The notes beneath the pieces are model-generated. The model was not told the origin of the DNA. It saw nothing but the letters and a program-made list of their open reading frames with translations, and did no database searches. DNA of 64,000 nt from Euglena gracilis (Eukaryota), in the NCBI GenBank assembly GCA_039621445.1, contig CP154954.1, positions 20,074,642 to 20,138,641 on the forward strand, in the 5' to 3' direction. Shown in pieces: positions 61,612-64,000 of this stretch (positions within the stretch are counted from its first letter, which is position 1; every line of letters starts with the position of its first letter). A program made the translations under genes and the position numbers.

Positions 61612-64000
61612 GTACCTGGGCAATCACCCAGTTGGGCAGCCGTTGCTCATATGTGGCTGTCCGCACCATGTCAAAGGAGCTCGTCCAGTCTGCCCCACGG
61701 CTGCATCTGCTGCGCCGCTCTTTCCACCCGACACCCCCCCTATCTACCCCCTGGGCCCCCCAGCTCACCAGCTCACCAAAGTTTATTTAAAACGTGGGAA
61801 GGGGACAGTTTTTTTTTTCCTAGCCCAAAAGGGAGCACCAGTTGGCCAGGCATTTAGAGCAATTGGATTGGTCGTCGCATGATGCTGGTTTGATACTCAC
61901 GTGTGACTCAAACCAAATGATCACAGCTTTCTCAACTGACCGGATCCAGGGCCACTGTTTTTGAAGTGCCGGGCAAGCCACAGCTGCCCGTGATCCCCGT
62001 TGATGGGGTTGCCGCGGTATCGATTGAGTTTTGCCGGCAACTGTTCAAGTGGACAACTTGACCGTTGGAGGATGTGCTCAGCAGTGGACAACCAACAAGT
62101 TTTCCCCCCTGGGTTGCAAATTACCTCCTCCGCTGGAGGTGTTTTGTGCACCGGGGCACCAATCAGCTTTGCCGTTCTGCATTGGGTCACAGAACCGCAC
62201 CCTCCCACCGGCCCCAGCGGGTGGGCAGGAGGGTGATGGGAGGCGTTCGGGACGTTCCGGGATGGACAACGGAATCGCACCTGCCTCCTGCATTTCCGGG
62301 CATTGGCATTGAAGTGTTGGGTTGGCGGGGTGTTGGGGAAAGAGGAAGATGTTGACTGGTGGCTGAAGGTCTGCAGTGGCCGCGCCAGTTGGGGAGAAAG
62401 GGCCCGGTCAACCTGAGTGGTGTGTGAAAGCCCAGCTCTGGCAGTTTGCTGGGCTTCGTGATGACCAACCTTTGCTCCTTAGACTGCTGATTCCTGTGAT
62501 GCAGTTCCGTCGAGTCTGATTGGGCCGTCAGCATTGGGAGCCTGCCAAAAGGCACGAAAGGGGGCGAAGTTCAGATAAGGGATGGGTGTGCCTGGGCAAT
62601 CACCCAGTTGGGCAGCCGTTGGTCATATGTGGCTGTTCATACCACGTCAAAGGAGCTCGTCCAGTCTGCCCCACGGCTGCATCTGCTGCGCCGCTCTTTC
62701 CACCCGACACCCCCCAATCTACCCCCTGGGCCCCCCAGCTCGCCAGCTCACCAAAGTTTGTTTAAAACGTGGGAAGGGGACAGTTTTTTTTCCTAGCCCA
62801 AAAGGGAGCACCAATTGGCCAGGCATTTAGAGCAATTGGATTGGTCGTCGCATGATGCTGGTTTGATACTCACGTGTGACTCAAACCAAATGATCACCGC
62901 TTTCTCAACTGACCGGGTCCGGGGCCACCGTTTATAAAAATGCTGGGCAAATCTCAACCACGTTCTGCCTTCCTTCTGTATGAAAAATCTGTCCAGTATT
63001 AGCATTAGCGTCCCGTCTGCATTTTTAACTTCAGCACTTCAGAACTTAAACCCCTCCACCTATAAGAAAAACATTTCTTATAGGTGGATTTCCAAAAAAA
63101 ACGGCCCGGGGGTTTCTTATAGGTGGGTTGCAATGTCCCAAAAAAATGGTGGGAGGGTGCGGTTCTGTGACCCAATGCAGAACGGCAAAGCTGATTGGTG
63201 CCCCGGTGCACAAAACACCTCCAGCGGAGGAGGTAATTTGCAACCCAGGGGGGAAAACTTGTTGGTTGTCCACTGCTGAGCACATCCGCCAACGGTCAAG
63301 TTGTCCACTTGAACAGTTGCCGGCAAAACTCAACCGATACCGCGGAAACCCCATCAACGGGGATCACGGGCAGCTGTGGCTTGCCCAGCACTTCAAAAAC
63401 AGTGGCCCTGGATCCGGTCAGTTGAGAAAGCTGTGATCATTTGGTTTGAGTCACACGTGAGTATCAAACCAGCATCATGCGACGACCAATCCAATTGCTC
63501 TAAATGCCTGGCCAACTGGTGCTCCCTTTTGGGCTAGGGAAAAAAAAACTGTCCCCTTCCCACCTTTTCCCCAAACTTTGGTGAGCTGGCGAGCTGGGGG
63601 GCCTAGGGGGTAGATTGGGGGGTGTCGGGTGGAAAGAGCGGCGCAGCAGATGCAGCCGTGGGGCAGACTGGACGAGCTCCTTTGACATGGTATGGACAGC
63701 CACATATGACCAACGGCTGCCCAACTGGGTGATTGCCCAGGCACACCCATCCCTTATCTGAACTTCGCCCCCTTTCGTGCCTTTTGGCAGGCTCCCAATG
63801 CTGACGGCCCAGTCAGACTCGACGGAACTGCATCACAGGAATCAGCAGTCTAAGGAGCAAAGGTTGGTCATCACGAAGCCCAGCAAACTGCCAGAGCTGG
63901 GCTTTCACACACCACTCAGGTTGACCGGGCCCTTTCTCCCCAACTGGCGCGGCCACTGCAGACCTTCAGCCACCAGTCAACGTCTTCCTCTTTCCCCAAC
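61612..64000. repeat. About 975-bp unit in direct tandem (61612-62585, partial 62586-62930) plus an inverted copy (63150-64000); decayed tyrosine-recombinase-retroelement-like sequence
   Basis: Repeat structure is directly visible at high identity; element class inferred from frameshifted motifs only. Confidence 0.8.

Noticed and set aside
1-64000. rRNA, tRNA or prokaryotic operons
   Set aside because: No recognisable conserved RNA motifs or compact gene organisation seen by eye; no covariance search was possible

Overview
Eukaryotic, repeat-saturated genomic DNA, most consistent with a euglenid (Euglena-like) nuclear genome. That assignment is inferred from short GC3-rich exons, small GT-AG introns, candidate N3-CAG...CTG-N5/6 stem-forming introns and TTAGGG-like repeats. 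Most entries in the ORF track are artefacts of G/C homopolymer repeats. Supported content: (1) two tandem paralogues of a small plus-strand gene (about 2.8-13.1 kb and 24.1-26.2 kb) whose introns were expanded by different transposons; (2) a minus-strand multi-exon gene with a PDZ-like domain (about 61.4-57.0 kb, possibly continuing to 48.0 kb) and scattered exons of another minus-strand gene (about 31-40 kb); (3) many non-autonomous DNA transposons with readable TIRs and TSDs (hAT-type 8-bp TSD, Tc1/pogo-type TA TSD, one 9-bp TSD element), often nested; (4) an internally deleted Tc1 transposase, a PHD-finger fragment and a decayed tyrosine-recombinase-retroelement-like repeat forming a large inverted repeat at the right end. 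Most notable: hAT MITEs ending CAG...CTG with 8-bp TSDs have exactly the geometry of euglenid nonconventional introns. One sits across a stop codon, and the empty site is visible in the paralogue. All alignments and counts were made by eye.
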